Shown piece after piece: positions 10,595 to 23,447 of a stretch of DNA of 64,000 bases (positions are counted from its first letter, which is position 1; each line of letters starts with the position of its first letter). The stretch comes from an uncultured Pseudomonadales bacterium (GTDB lineage: Bacteria > Patescibacteriota > Microgenomatia > UBA1400 > PJMF01). The DNA is taken from NCBI GenBank assembly GCA_964607285.1, contig CAZSJW010000001.1, forward strand, positions 66,514 to 130,513, in the 5' to 3' direction. The translations under genes and the position numbers were made by a program. The notes under the pieces were generated by a model that saw nothing but the letters and a program-made list of their open reading frames with translations, ran no database searches and was not told where the DNA came from.

Positions 10595-11692
10595 ATGCAA
10601 CAGACACCATCATATAATCGCCGAATCGTGACGGGTGTATCTCAAGATTCAGAGATGTCAAAGAGTGTGGAAATGATAATTTCCGAAGCTGAGCGTTTGG
10701 GTATCGAATGGCTCATTGTGCCAAATACCACAATTCTTGAGTTGACTCACGATGGTGACACTGCTCGGTTTCATCGCAGAATTCCGCCTCAAACTTCTAG
10801 TGTAGCAGCATATTGCTGCGTCAATAAACAGATAACCAGAAATCTTCTCAAAGATGCGGGTGTGACTGTAAGCCCAGGCTACTTCATTGTTCCAAGCGAC
10901 ACCAAAAAGTACCGCAAAGAAGTGTATTCAGCGCTTTCCAAGCCATTAGTTGTTAAACCGACTGACCGCTCACTTGATGCAAACGTCACCGTAAACATTA
11001 CAAGTTTTGGGGCATATGAGCGAGCAGTTGCCAGAATTTACGCTGACGACCCTGCAACTTCAATACTGGTTGAGGAGCAATTTATCGGCGATGAGTTCAG
11101 GATCGTTTGCACAAAAGAAAAAGTTATCAGCATCATAAAGCGAGTGCGCCCATATGTTGTTGGAGATGGGTTTTCAACTATCGCTGATTTAGCAAAACAT
11201 AAGAGTGAAGAGCATCTATCGCATCTATCAGGTTCTCTCAAGCCACTGTTGATAGACGAGCAAACAAGGTTGTACCTATCAGAACAGGGGTTAACTTCTT
11301 CAAGTGTTCCTAAAAACCATGAGACAGTTTACTTTCAGAGCACTACACTTTCTGCAATAGGACGTGGAGGTGACACGGTGGAAGTGTTAGACGAAGTTCA
11401 TCCTTCAATTCATGAGATTGCTGTGAGCGCTATTCAATCAGTTCCAGGCTTAGCATGGGGTGGTATAGATTTTATGTGCAATGATCATACGGCTAAACAG
11501 ACTAAGAACTCTTACAGATTGATTGAGATCAATGCATCACCAGAATTGGCGTGGCAAGAGCACCCAGCAATTGGAGAATCAAAAAATGTGATTTACGCTT
11601 TTTTATCAGTTGTATTTCCCAGTTTGCGAAAAAATAATCGTACTTCCTCTGTGGTTTTTGATGGACTAGAGACTCGAACGCTAGCGGTCTAA
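10595..11692 (+). CDS. Stand-alone ATP-grasp ligase (cyanophycin synthetase N-half / GshF C-terminal-like)
   Basis: NKQITRNLL, PLVVKP, ILVEEQFIGDEFR, VVGDGFSTI, GGD, GIDFM, IEINASP; ATG at 10595 preceded by GAAAGG. Confidence 0.8.
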   Translation: MQQTPSYNRRIVTGVSQDSEMSKSVEMIISEAERLGIEWLIVPNTTILELTHDGDTARFHRRIPPQTSSVAAYCCVNKQITRNLLKDAGVTVSPGYFIVPSDTKKYRKEVYSALSKPLVVKPTDRSLDANVTVNITSFGAYERAVARIYADDPATSILVEEQFIGDEFRIVCTKEKVISIIKRVRPYVVGDGFSTIADLAKHKSEEHLSHLSGSLKPLLIDEQTRLYLSEQGLTSSSVPKNHETVYFQSTTLSAIGRGGDTVEVLDEVHPSIHEIAVSAIQSVPGLAWGGIDFMCNDHTAKQTKNSYRLIEINASPELAWQEHPAIGESKNVIYAFLSVVFPSLRKNNRTSSVVFDGLETRTLAV

Positions 11693-12763
11693 GTATTTTG
11701 CAAAAAAATCTAAGTCCCGTTGCACTGCATTTTCCCAAGCACCCAATAGATTGTGATCTGCACCAGGATACTTGTAGTAGCTAAACTCAATTTTCGCTGG
11801 TGCAGAAGCATTCTCATTTCTTCGCAGATTTTCAAGTTCTAGCTTGTCAATAAACTCTTCCGTCCAAAAAAATGGTACTGCATCGTCGATTGTTCCTTGT
11901 TGAAACTGTAGTGGCCCGCGCAAGTCCTGTAAAAACTGGGTATGGGTAAATTGGTGCACATCATACTCTCGCTCGAAAAGTGCAATCCAGGCACGTTGGG
12001 ACTTGCCTTCGTCCGCAACTTCATCTCCAAAATACAGAATGGAGTATGGAAATGGGGCGGTTACTGGTGCCCAAAGTGTAGTAGGGTGCGATTCTTTAAG
12101 TACTTCTAATGTTGTGATCGCAATCTGTCCCCCATTGCTGTGTGCCCAAATGCCAACATCCTTCGGCGTTATGACATCACCTGTAGGTGTGATTGGAACG
12201 CCAGAAGTAATTGTTCTTAGTAATTCAGCTATTATTGCTGGTTTTTCAAACCGTGCTTGCCATGGATCTTCTGGTTCAGGGTCACTTTGACCATACCCAA
12301 AGAAGTCAGGTGCAATTGTTATGTAGCCAGCTCGTGCAAATCGGGCTGCAGCATTTTTTGTGCTGACTCCAGTCGTATATGACTCGATTGGCACATATCC
12401 CCTCAGAAGCAAAATTGTAGCTGGTGGATTTTCCGTGTCTACTGCATCTGGAATATTCAGTTGTCCAGTCATTTTTTTACCCAGTGTTTCGAATTGAAAT
12501 AGATACTTACTGAAGCCGACTTCAGGTTCACCTACATCAATAATCTTGAGTGCTCCTGGAGAGAACTCTCTTTTTTGAAGTTCAGGAATGGACAACTGTG
12601 TAAGTGGAAGTACCTGAGGTTTGGTGAGTTCGGAACCGATTTTGAGTGGTGACACCAGGTGGTCAGTAAACCATTGGTGATTTTTGGCTATTTGCAGTCC
12701 CAGGAAAACTCCAAGACTTAGTGAAACGATAACACAAAGTGAAAGTACTACAGCTCTGATCAT
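11681..12763 (-). CDS. Membrane-anchored alpha/beta hydrolase (S9 peptidase-like)
   Basis: APDFFGYGQSD, WAHSNGG nucleophile elbow, QGTIDDAVP, YPGADHN; start at ATG 12763 before a TM helix. Confidence 0.8.
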   Translation of the reverse strand: MIRAVVLSLCVIVSLSLGVFLGLQIAKNHQWFTDHLVSPLKIGSELTKPQVLPLTQLSIPELQKREFSPGALKIIDVGEPEVGFSKYLFQFETLGKKMTGQLNIPDAVDTENPPATILLLRGYVPIESYTTGVSTKNAAARFARAGYITIAPDFFGYGQSDPEPEDPWQARFEKPAIIAELLRTITSGVPITPTGDVITPKDVGIWAHSNGGQIAITTLEVLKESHPTTLWAPVTAPFPYSILYFGDEVADEGKSQRAWIALFEREYDVHQFTHTQFLQDLRGPLQFQQGTIDDAVPFFWTEEFIDKLELENLRRNENASAPAKIEFSYYKYPGADHNLLGAWENAVQRDLDFFAKYLDR

Positions 12764-12915
12764 CTGTATATCATACACTCGGAAGCAGGCAGTTGCTGAT
12801 AGCTTACAAAGATCAGCTGGCATTGATATACTTAGAGCGACTTTACTTTCGACTTGAAAGTGGGAATAATGTAGCCTAGTTGTGTTGCTAGTCACTTGAT
12901 TGCTGGAAGAAATAT

Positions 12916-13956
12916 ATGCGTATGTTTACTATAAAAAAAACTCTTTGTTTAATTTTCTTCGTTGGACTGTTGAGTGTTTTTGGAAGCTCAATGGTCGCAC
13001 GTCCTGTGCATGCAGCTCAACTCTCCGAAGCATTCGTGCGACTGGATCGTTTAGCTGCCTCGACTGCAACTGGAGGAACTGTGTGTACCAAAATGACCAC
13101 TACCGCAGGCACAGATGCAAAATTAGTCATTACTTTCCCAGCAGGTTTCACAGTAAGTAGCACAGCAGGCAACTGGACTGTGACAACTACAAATTTACCA
13201 TTGGGTGCTACTGCGATGCCTGGCATCAATACTGCCACAGGCGTTTCTAGTCAGACAGTCACGTTCCCAATCTCTGATATAAGTTCTGCAGCAACGTTAT
13301 ATTGCTTCAACTTCTCGGGTACTACAACGCTTACTAATACAACGGCCGCAAATGACTTGACTGGTACAATTTTGGTAACCACAAGTGGTGACGTCACAAT
13401 TGATAGTGGAAGTTATGCACTGTCTATCATTACAAATGACCAGGTTGCGGTTTCTGCAACTGTTCCTGCTACATTCTCATTAGCACTGGGCACTAATACA
13501 CAAGCACTCGGCACTTTGAGTACAGGTTCCGTATCATCTGGAAGCGGTGTATCCGTCACAGTTAGCACGAATGCTGCAAATGGGTGGATTGGTTGGGTGC
13601 GATCCGCAAATGCTGGATTAGATTCAGCGGTAACCGGTGACTCAATTGATGCTACTGGTTCAATAGATGACGCACCTTCCTCATTGTCGGCTGGTACAGA
13701 AGGATATGTTATCGATGCTAATTTAACAACTGATGGCACTAACGGTGGAACCCTGACAGTAGATGCTGAGTACAATGGTGGCGACACTTCATCAGGTGGC
13801 ACTCCGAGCACTACATTCCAAGAGTTTGCTACTGCTGATGGACCTGCCAGTGGCGACATAATAACTCTAATTCCAAGAGTAGCTATCTCAGGTCTGAATC
13901 AGGCAGCAACTGATTACACCGACACTCTGACGATTGTCGCTGCAGGTCACTTCTAA
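12916..13956 (+). CDS. Secreted Thr/Ser-rich two-domain beta protein, WxL/pilin-like C-terminal domain
   Basis: Signal peptide ending VHA-AQ; TVSTNAANGW; C-terminus AATDYTDTLTIVAAGHF; N-domain shared with 39415..42174. Confidence 0.7.
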   Translation: MRMFTIKKTLCLIFFVGLLSVFGSSMVARPVHAAQLSEAFVRLDRLAASTATGGTVCTKMTTTAGTDAKLVITFPAGFTVSSTAGNWTVTTTNLPLGATAMPGINTATGVSSQTVTFPISDISSAATLYCFNFSGTTTLTNTTAANDLTGTILVTTSGDVTIDSGSYALSIITNDQVAVSATVPATFSLALGTNTQALGTLSTGSVSSGSGVSVTVSTNAANGWIGWVRSANAGLDSAVTGDSIDATGSIDDAPSSLSAGTEGYVIDANLTTDGTNGGTLTVDAEYNGGDTSSGGTPSTTFQEFATADGPASGDIITLIPRVAISGLNQAATDYTDTLTIVAAGHF

Positions 13957-14079
13957 GCTACTTGACAACTTGTAATATATTCTCCATGCAGTTTTTACTG
14001 TATACATACTTACATTTCTAAGTTGAAAAGCTTTATGCTTGATATAAAAGCTTTGGGAAGGCATGCGCTTGCAGCGCAT

Positions 14080-14514
14080 GCACCACTTGGTATGGGAAGT
14101 GCTCAAATCTCTGTAACTGGAACTCAGCGTGTAAACTTGGCATCCTATCAATTTAAAGGTACGCCGCTTGCTGACATCACTGATTTGCGCTACAGCACGT
14201 ACAATGCTTCAGCGGGAAATACAGGGAGTGTCAATCGGTCTTGCTATCTGCAGTTTAATGTAGATTTCAATGGTATGGCACTGACACATTGCAGCGCCGA
14301 CTTGTATATGTTCCCTCGAAAAATGGCACCGTTCTCCAGAATACCTGGCAAGAGTGGGATACTATTGATGGTGGAGATGCGCAGTGGAGTTACTCAGGTC
14401 TAACTTGGCGAGTAACTGGATAAAAACGAATGTAAAAAGGATGGTTGTATGGTATTCAACAATCCAATTTTCAAAAATCAGGGATAATGCGTAAGTTACG
14501 TTGTTACTCACTAA
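14080..14514 (+). pseudogene. Degraded remnant of a secreted protein gene
   Basis: Pieces in different frames: PLGMGSA..GTPLADITDLRYSTY..LQFNVDFNG / RRLVYVPSKNGTVLQNTWQEWD..WSYSG / ECKKDG..FNNPIFKNQG*CVSYV; no signal peptide, frameshifts and an in-frame stop. Confidence 0.65.
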
Positions 14515-14522
14515 TTTGAATC

Positions 14523-14565
14523 AAAAAAAGAACCGCTTTTGCCCGTACGCAGAAGCGGTTTTTTT
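14523..14565. terminator. Intrinsic terminator, potentially bidirectional
   Basis: A7-g-AACCGCTTTTGC / CCGTAC loop / GCAGAAGCGGTT followed by a T run. Confidence 0.85.
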
Positions 14566-14605
14566 ATATACCCCGTAGCGGATGTGGTATACAATAGATC
14601 AGAAT

Positions 14606-15742
14606 ATGCGGCAAAAATTTGTACTATTAGCACTTTTTTATATAGCGGTAGCTGGTGTTGTCGTACTGCCAAGAGTTGCCAAAGCGCAGTCACCTGATGT
14701 AACTACAGCAAGTGCAGATCTTAGTGCCCCGACCCCGGAGCCAACCCCCGAACCACCCGTTCAATCACTCAATCTCACAGTATCACCAATTTCAGTTCTG
14801 CTAGAAGCAGACCCAGGTGAGACAGTCACTGGATCGATGCGAATCTTGAACAACGGGGCAGAACCAGAAGATTTACAACTCGAGCTCGCCACGTTTACTG
14901 CGGATCCTGGTGGATCTAAGCCTGTCATTCGCGCATTTGTATCTCACGAACTCCATCAATCATGGCTGGTGCCAGCAGAGCAAAAAATTAGAGTAAATCC
15001 AGGTGAGTGGAAAACGGTTGAGTTGACATTTGCGCCACCGCAGAATGCGGCTTTGACGTACTACTATGCAGTTATTGTAAATAGGCAGGCAAATGCAGGC
15101 GCAGTCGATGGCGGTGCCGTTATTGCGGGAGCACCGGCTGTGCTTGTGCTTGCAACCGTACATTCCCCCAATGCTATTCAGGAACTCCAGCTCACTGCGT
15201 TTCGATCACCCAAAAAAGTCTATGAATTTTTGCCGTCTGAGTTCGAGGTTTTGGTGGAAAACACAGGTAATGTACATTTAGCACCGTTAGGAAATGTCTT
15301 CATTGATGGTGGGGGCAAAAAAGATATTGGTATTCTTAGCTTTAATCAAGCAAGCGGGTTGGTTTTGCCAGGTACAACCAGAACATACACCGTCAAATGG
15401 GAAGATGGTTTTCCATTTTATGAGACAGTTACGGAGAATGGTTCAATTGTGTATGACGATGCAGGTAAGCCAAAACTCAAACTAAATTGGGATCAACCAT
15501 TAAGTAAGTTGCGCTTTGGCAAATATACGGCGCACTTGCTGATGGTCTACGATAATGGCGAGAGAGATGTGCCAGTGGAATCAACCCTCACGTTTTGGGT
15601 CGTACCTTGGAGATTTTTGGCCGTGGCGGGCGTGATTCTACTCCTTGCCGCAAATAAATTATTTGATATCGCCAAAAAGTTAATTAGTTTTCCGCAACGA
15701 TTATTACAAAAAAAGAATGACACGCCAGATGCGCAACAATAA
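14606..15742 (+). CDS. DUF916/DUF3324-like (WxL-interacting, PapD-like Ig) membrane-anchored protein, copy 1
   Basis: Signal peptide, PTPEP linker, LTVSP..PGE..NNG, YYAVIV, ENTGNVH, VLPG, FGKYTAHL, FWVVPW plus C-terminal TM and basic tail. Confidence 0.75.
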   Translation: MRQKFVLLALFYIAVAGVVVLPRVAKAQSPDVTTASADLSAPTPEPTPEPPVQSLNLTVSPISVLLEADPGETVTGSMRILNNGAEPEDLQLELATFTADPGGSKPVIRAFVSHELHQSWLVPAEQKIRVNPGEWKTVELTFAPPQNAALTYYYAVIVNRQANAGAVDGGAVIAGAPAVLVLATVHSPNAIQELQLTAFRSPKKVYEFLPSEFEVLVENTGNVHLAPLGNVFIDGGGKKDIGILSFNQASGLVLPGTTRTYTVKWEDGFPFYETVTENGSIVYDDAGKPKLKLNWDQPLSKLRFGKYTAHLLMVYDNGERDVPVESTLTFWVVPWRFLAVAGVILLLAANKLFDIAKKLISFPQRLLQKKNDTPDAQQ

Positions 15743-16857
15743 GTTTGGAATACCAGCTGTGATCTTTGTAGTCGTAGGAGCACTCTTCCTAATGGCTATG
15801 CCTCTTGTTGCGCAAGAACTCACTGCAACAGAAAGTGCAAGCTCCTCGGCAACTCCCGAGCCTACTGTTGCTCCTGTCGCAGAAGCGCCGATAAATTTGA
15901 CCGTCTCACCCATAACACTACTCTTAGAAACAGATCCTGCGAAGTCAACGCAAGGAGAGGTTCGAGTTTAAACAATAGTTCAGAAACAGAGTACTTGGAG
16001 ATAAGTTTGGCCAAGTTTCGTGCAGGTGATAACGGAGCGCAACCAATAATTGAGCCATTTGCGAGCACAGATGAGTATACGGATTGGATTTCTTTCTCCG
16101 AAGATCGATTTACTGCGGAGCCTAACGAATGGAAATCGATTCAAGTCACCTTTACTCCCCCAAAAACTGCAGCGCTTGCATACTACTACGCAATAATTGT
16201 TCGCAGACAGTCTCTAACTCCAGAAGGGACGGTCACAACGGTGGTTTCTGTCGCACCTGCAGTGTTGCTGCTGGCAAATGTGCATTCGCCAAACGCCAAG
16301 CAAGAGTTACAACTAGTTTCGTTTTCTACTTTGCAAAAAGTATATGAGTTTTTGCCGACTGAGTTTATGGTTGAAATTAAAACAGCGGTAACGTGCACTT
16401 AGCACCACTCGGCAATATCTTTATTGACTCTGGTACAAAAAAAGATATTGCACTCCTGTCTTTCAACAAGGGAAACGGTATGGTTCTCCCAGACAGTGTA
16501 CGAAACTTTACGGCTCAGTGGGATGAAGGATTTCCCGTGTATGAGACGCTGACGGAAGGCGAGTAAGTTGAGCGAAATGCGTATGGTACCCCGAAGCGTG
16601 ACTTGCAATGGGATTTTGCCAACATAAATAAACTACGCTTTGGTAAGTAAACCGCTCATTTACTCATGGTGTATGACAATGGCGAACGGGATGTTCCAGT
16701 CGAGTCGACTGTCAGTTTTTGGGTGATTCCTTGGCGATTTTTGGCAGCATTGGTCGGCAAATTGTTCTTTATGGCACTCGGAGTTGCTGCTACAGTATAT
16801 GTTAGTGTTAAAATTATCCGTCATCGTCGCCAGCATGTGCCACCGATTCAGTCGTAA
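15729..16857 (+). pseudogene. Disrupted paralogue of 14606..15742 (copy 2)
   Basis: Collinear with copy 1 but with single-base deletions near 15970 and 16380 and in-frame TAA at 16564-16566 and 16648-16650 (GK*TAHL versus GKYTAHL). Confidence 0.85.
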
Positions 16858-17758
16858 TCTTCTTCTGGTACTGGTTGTAACTCTTGCTGCGTGTTGCTTT
16901 TACCCTGCAGTTGCAAACGCACAGTCCGTCCTCACGGTAGATCCTGCTTTCCAAGAAGTGCTGCTGACAATTGATGAAACTGAAGCAGAAACAACCATTT
17001 CCTACAGTAATGAATCATCGGAAAGCATAGAGCTTGAGTTGTTTGCATATGACTTTACTCAGACTGATTTGCTCGGGAGCGTGGGAATGTTTCCAGCGGA
17101 TGTATCGTATCCGCACACTCTTGCTAGTTTTTTGGAGTTTGAACAAAATAAGCTAATTGTTAACCCAAAGGAAAAGAAAAATGCTGTCATTCGGGTGCGT
17201 AATCGAGCCAGTCTTACCCCTGGGGGACATTACGCAGCAGTTGTAGCACGTGTTTTCCAAAGACCAGCAGATGCTGCGACACAACAAGTCGTACCAGCAA
17301 TATCGGCACTTATTTTGGTACGGAAAACTGGTGGCGAGCAATACCATCTCTCATTGAGCAACACTAGTTGGTCGCCTGGCACAATTGAGTTCTCTATTCC
17401 AGAAAAAATTGAGTTGCTGTTTCGCAATGACGGTAATGTGCATGACATACCTCGTGGATCAGTTACTGTGAAAAATGTTTTCGGAACTACCCTGTATCAG
17501 GGAACAATTAACGAGTCATCATTGTATGTGCTTCCGGGTACGCAGCGTAGGATACCCGTTACATTGCGGAATAGTCACTGGTTGCTGCCAATTGAAGTCA
17601 TCACTGTTGCTACGAATGGAACAGCTCAGTTTTCTACTGTAGCCTATCAGCGAGAAGAAAGCCTGATTTTAGTGAGATGGCAATTTATTGTATTTGTAGT
17701 GCTTTTGGTTGCAGTTGGAGTAGGTATATGGCGCTGGCAGAAGCGGAGGCGCAAATGA
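16835..17758 (+). CDS. DUF916-like PapD-like Ig protein, copy 3, with C-terminal TM anchor
   Basis: LTVDPA, LTPGGHYAAV, RNDGNVHDIPRG, VLPG; ends in TM + RWQKRRRK. Confidence 0.7.
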   Translation: MCHRFSRNLLLVLVVTLAACCFYPAVANAQSVLTVDPAFQEVLLTIDETEAETTISYSNESSESIELELFAYDFTQTDLLGSVGMFPADVSYPHTLASFLEFEQNKLIVNPKEKKNAVIRVRNRASLTPGGHYAAVVARVFQRPADAATQQVVPAISALILVRKTGGEQYHLSLSNTSWSPGTIEFSIPEKIELLFRNDGNVHDIPRGSVTVKNVFGTTLYQGTINESSLYVLPGTQRRIPVTLRNSHWLLPIEVITVATNGTAQFSTVAYQREESLILVRWQFIVFVVLLVAVGVGIWRWQKRRRK

Positions 17759-18411
17759 AAAAAGTAGTACAAATAGTCTTGGTGCTACTTTTAGTAGCTG
17801 GCTTGGCTTTATATGGATATCGAACACTCAAGCAGCCGGTGACGGGAGTGACTACAGAAGCCACTTCTGACAGAATGCGTGAGTTCGTAGCTGAACATGA
17901 GAAAGATGAGTCAGTGCTTACCACAGACACTCTACAATATAATCCAGCCAGCGACCCAAATCGTCAGCAACAGGTTGTGACTACCGATTGCTTCACGCTA
18001 CGGCTTGCCCGCCCAATCGCGTACCTTAAAACTCGCTCAGAAAGCTCGGAAGAAACGCAACAACAACAGAATTGCTTTATCGGGGGAGCATTCGAAAATC
18101 CTCGGGCCCAGTTGACGATATCAGCTGAGTACAGACCAGATTTAACACAACTCTCCGAGCACACTGGAATTACACTCCGTGAGCGAGAATCTGATGAGTA
18201 TCAGCCGATAGAAGTCCCTGAAATAGCAGGTGAAGAGTACCGTGCCTTTCAATCGCAAATTGAGTTGATCGTTATATGGTCAAGAACTCCTGTTGTCTAC
18301 ACAGTTGCCTTGCATAACTTAGCAAGAGAGTCAGATGATGCGCAAAAACTTTTTAGAGATGTCATCTTGGCACTTGAGCTAGACGAAGGTGCATCTGACT
18401 CGGTATACTAA
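17755..18411 (+). CDS. Hypothetical single-pass membrane protein (PsbP-like extracellular domain possible)
   Basis: ATGA overlap with the upstream gene; MKK + TM followed by a soluble domain with two Cys. Confidence 0.6.
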   Translation: MKKVVQIVLVLLLVAGLALYGYRTLKQPVTGVTTEATSDRMREFVAEHEKDESVLTTDTLQYNPASDPNRQQQVVTTDCFTLRLARPIAYLKTRSESSEETQQQQNCFIGGAFENPRAQLTISAEYRPDLTQLSEHTGITLRERESDEYQPIEVPEIAGEEYRAFQSQIELIVIWSRTPVVYTVALHNLARESDDAQKLFRDVILALELDEGASDSVY

Positions 18412-18415
18412 ACAC

Positions 18416-19483
18416 ATGCGATTTCCGCATGTTTCTTTTCAGCGCAGTTTTTTGGTATTGTTACTACTAGTGTTTCCTGCAAGTAATGGCTATAGTTTGC
18501 GTGATTATACTTGGGGAGCTGGTGGCACATCAGGCAGTGATTCCAACAGCTACAGCGTCAATGCAGCTCTGGGAGAGGTAAGCAATAATGAGTTAGAAGG
18601 CAGCGCCTACAAAACCTGGCCTGGGCTTTCGTTTACCCAACAGGCAAATGTGCCGCCTGCGCCAACACTCACTAATTCTGGTAGTTTTTATAACAAATTA
18701 AACCTAGTTTTAAACACAGGGAGTAATCCCAGTGACACGCTATTTGCAGTGGCAGTTTCCACAGATAATTTTTCTACAACTGAGTACCTGCAATCCGATA
18801 ACACAATCGGTGCTAGTTTGGGGGCAGAAGACTGGCAATCGTACGCCAACTGGGGTAGTGGAACGGGTGAGTTCATAGTGGGCTTAGATCCAGGCACAAC
18901 GTACTACGTCAAAGTCAAAGCACAACAAGGTGATTTCAGCGAAGGTCCTTGGGGACCCGTTGTTTCGACAGCAACGAGTAGTTTATCAATATCGTTTGAT
19001 ATTGATGTGGCAAGCACAGACACCGAGTCCTCTGGCCCGTATGAGTTAGAGTTTGGTTCGCTGACCCCTACTGCTATAACTACGACAAGTGATCGCGTTT
19101 GGTTGGATTTAGCTACCAATGCAGCGAATGGCGGCGCAATTCATATTTATGGGAGCAACAGCGGGTTGTATAGCACTGCTGCTAACTATATGATCTCAGC
19201 GGTGACCGGTAATCTAACTTCGCTGTCTGAAGGATTTGGTCTTCAGTACGCTAGTGTGGCAGAAAGCGCGGGTGGGCCGATGGCAGTGGATTCGCCGTTT
19301 GATGGCACAAGTGAAACAGTCGGTACACTCACAACCACACCACAACGTATTTTTAACTCCTCTGCAAGCCCAGTTACAGGAGGCAGAGCATCATTTGTGT
19401 CTAAAGCTAAACCAAGCGTTTTGGCACCAGCTGCAGCAGACTACACAGATACGATTACCATCGTTGCGGTGGCAAATTTTTAA
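18416..19483 (+). CDS. Secreted FN3 + WxL/pilin-like protein
   Basis: Signal peptide; GLDPGTTYYVKVKA (FN3); LATNAANGG; C-terminus AAADYTDTITIVAVANF. Confidence 0.7.
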   Translation: MRFPHVSFQRSFLVLLLLVFPASNGYSLRDYTWGAGGTSGSDSNSYSVNAALGEVSNNELEGSAYKTWPGLSFTQQANVPPAPTLTNSGSFYNKLNLVLNTGSNPSDTLFAVAVSTDNFSTTEYLQSDNTIGASLGAEDWQSYANWGSGTGEFIVGLDPGTTYYVKVKAQQGDFSEGPWGPVVSTATSSLSISFDIDVASTDTESSGPYELEFGSLTPTAITTTSDRVWLDLATNAANGGAIHIYGSNSGLYSTAANYMISAVTGNLTSLSEGFGLQYASVAESAGGPMAVDSPFDGTSETVGTLTTTPQRIFNSSASPVTGGRASFVSKAKPSVLAPAAADYTDTITIVAVANF

Positions 19484-19493
19484 AGGAGTTTCT

Positions 19494-21960
<2,467 letters not shown>

Positions 21961-21982
<22 letters not shown>

Positions 21983-23439
21983 AATTGAAGGATTGTTGTT
22001 TTTTGGGCGGTAAGTAGCTTGAGCAGTGCTGAAAAAGAGGTGCAGTTTGCTAGTTGGGTGAGCAAGGGTTGTTGTTTCGGCGTTGCAAGTGTTTCTGAAA
22101 GTGTTTGATGCATGTGTTTTAGTTCAGCTTTAGTAGCCTCTGTTGCTAGGCCGTTCCAGATGCAGGCGATTAGTAGTTTGGTTGCAGCAGCACCATGATG
22201 ATTTGTATATTGCAGTGTGAGCAGATTTGAAAGCATCGAGCCTTTCGCTATAACTGATTGAGACTCAGCACTGAGTTCGGAACCAAAATGTGTCAGACTT
22301 TTAGCTTTTTCATACTGGCTAATAAATCTAGTTACGGTCAGTGTGATGTCTCTATCTAGTGGAAGTTGTGTTTGCTTGCCCACACGAGTAACGGAGAGTG
22401 TGCTGTCTATTGCCGGTCGGTGACCACTAGCAAAGAGGTGCGAACTAAACAATAGATGGCCATCGGTAATACTTATTAAATTCGAAGTAATGTAATCAGT
22501 GAGATCCTCACTACTTGTTTCTGCCAAAGGTAGGCAGGTGATTGATGCTGATCCATCTTTGGCTTGAGTCGAGGTAAAGCAACCAGCACGCTCCAATAAG
22601 CGCGCGTGCGTGAAGAAAATATCACCTGGGTATGAGTCACGGCCAGGAAACTTGCCTGCTAAAAGTGAAAGTTCGCGATAAAACTTTGCATGGGTAGTCA
22701 GGTCATCCAAAATGACTAGCACATCCGATCCCTGATCGCGAAAATGCTCAGCAATAGTCATGGCAGTAAATGGCGCTGTATTTATTGCGCTCACCGAGTC
22801 CTGCGGTGTAGTAGCAACCACAACAAATTTTTTAGCAAACTTACTTTCTGCAAATTGATTCGCAATTCGTTTGACTTCAGCTTTCTTTTTGCCAATCAGT
22901 GCATAGACTACAATCGTCCCAAGTGCTGCTTGAGCAAAAGCTGCCGCCATAGCAAAGGAAGTCTTGCCAGTTTTTCGATCACCTGCAATGAGTTGCCGCT
23001 GTCCTTTACCAATTGGCAACAGTACATCTACTATTGCGACATTTGTGCTGAGTGGTTCATTGATACGGTGCCTGTCGATGAGCGGGAGTGGTGGTACATC
23101 CACAGGTAATTGCATGGAACTTGCCCGAGACACTGTACCTGACAAACTGTTTCCTAGTGGATCAATACAACTGCCCAACAGTAAGTCTGAGACAGGAATA
23201 CTTAGTGTTTGCCCTGAACGATACACTTTGCTGGCCAATGGAATAGGCTGTGCATCAAAACTGATGACATCTATTCCCTGTTCGTCGAAGGATAGCACTT
23301 GGCCAATTGCGCCACCCTCAAAAATGACTACTTCACCTGAGTGAATAGTGGAAAAACCTTGCACACGGACAAGCGGATGGTGAACAGCCGTTACTTTGGC
23401 ATACTCTTCGGATATTACGGTGTAGTGTTTGTGTAGCAT
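21961..23439 (-). CDS. atpA: Divergent F1 ATPase alpha subunit
   Basis: PIGKGQRQLIAGDRKTGKT, DDLTTHA, PGRDSYPGDIF, RLLERAG, SITDG, SVTRVG (Arg finger); ATG at 23439 chosen. Confidence 0.92.
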
Positions 23440-23447
23440 AGGTATTG

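Noticed and set aside
13962-13990. Sigma70 promoter at TTGACA 13962-13967
   Set aside because: No acceptable -10 hexamer at 16-18 nt spacing
19236-19493. N-terminal 86 aa of the 181-aa ORF 19236..19781
   Set aside because: Off-frame overlap with the FN3/pilin-like gene; epsilon homology and the SD begin at ATG 19494
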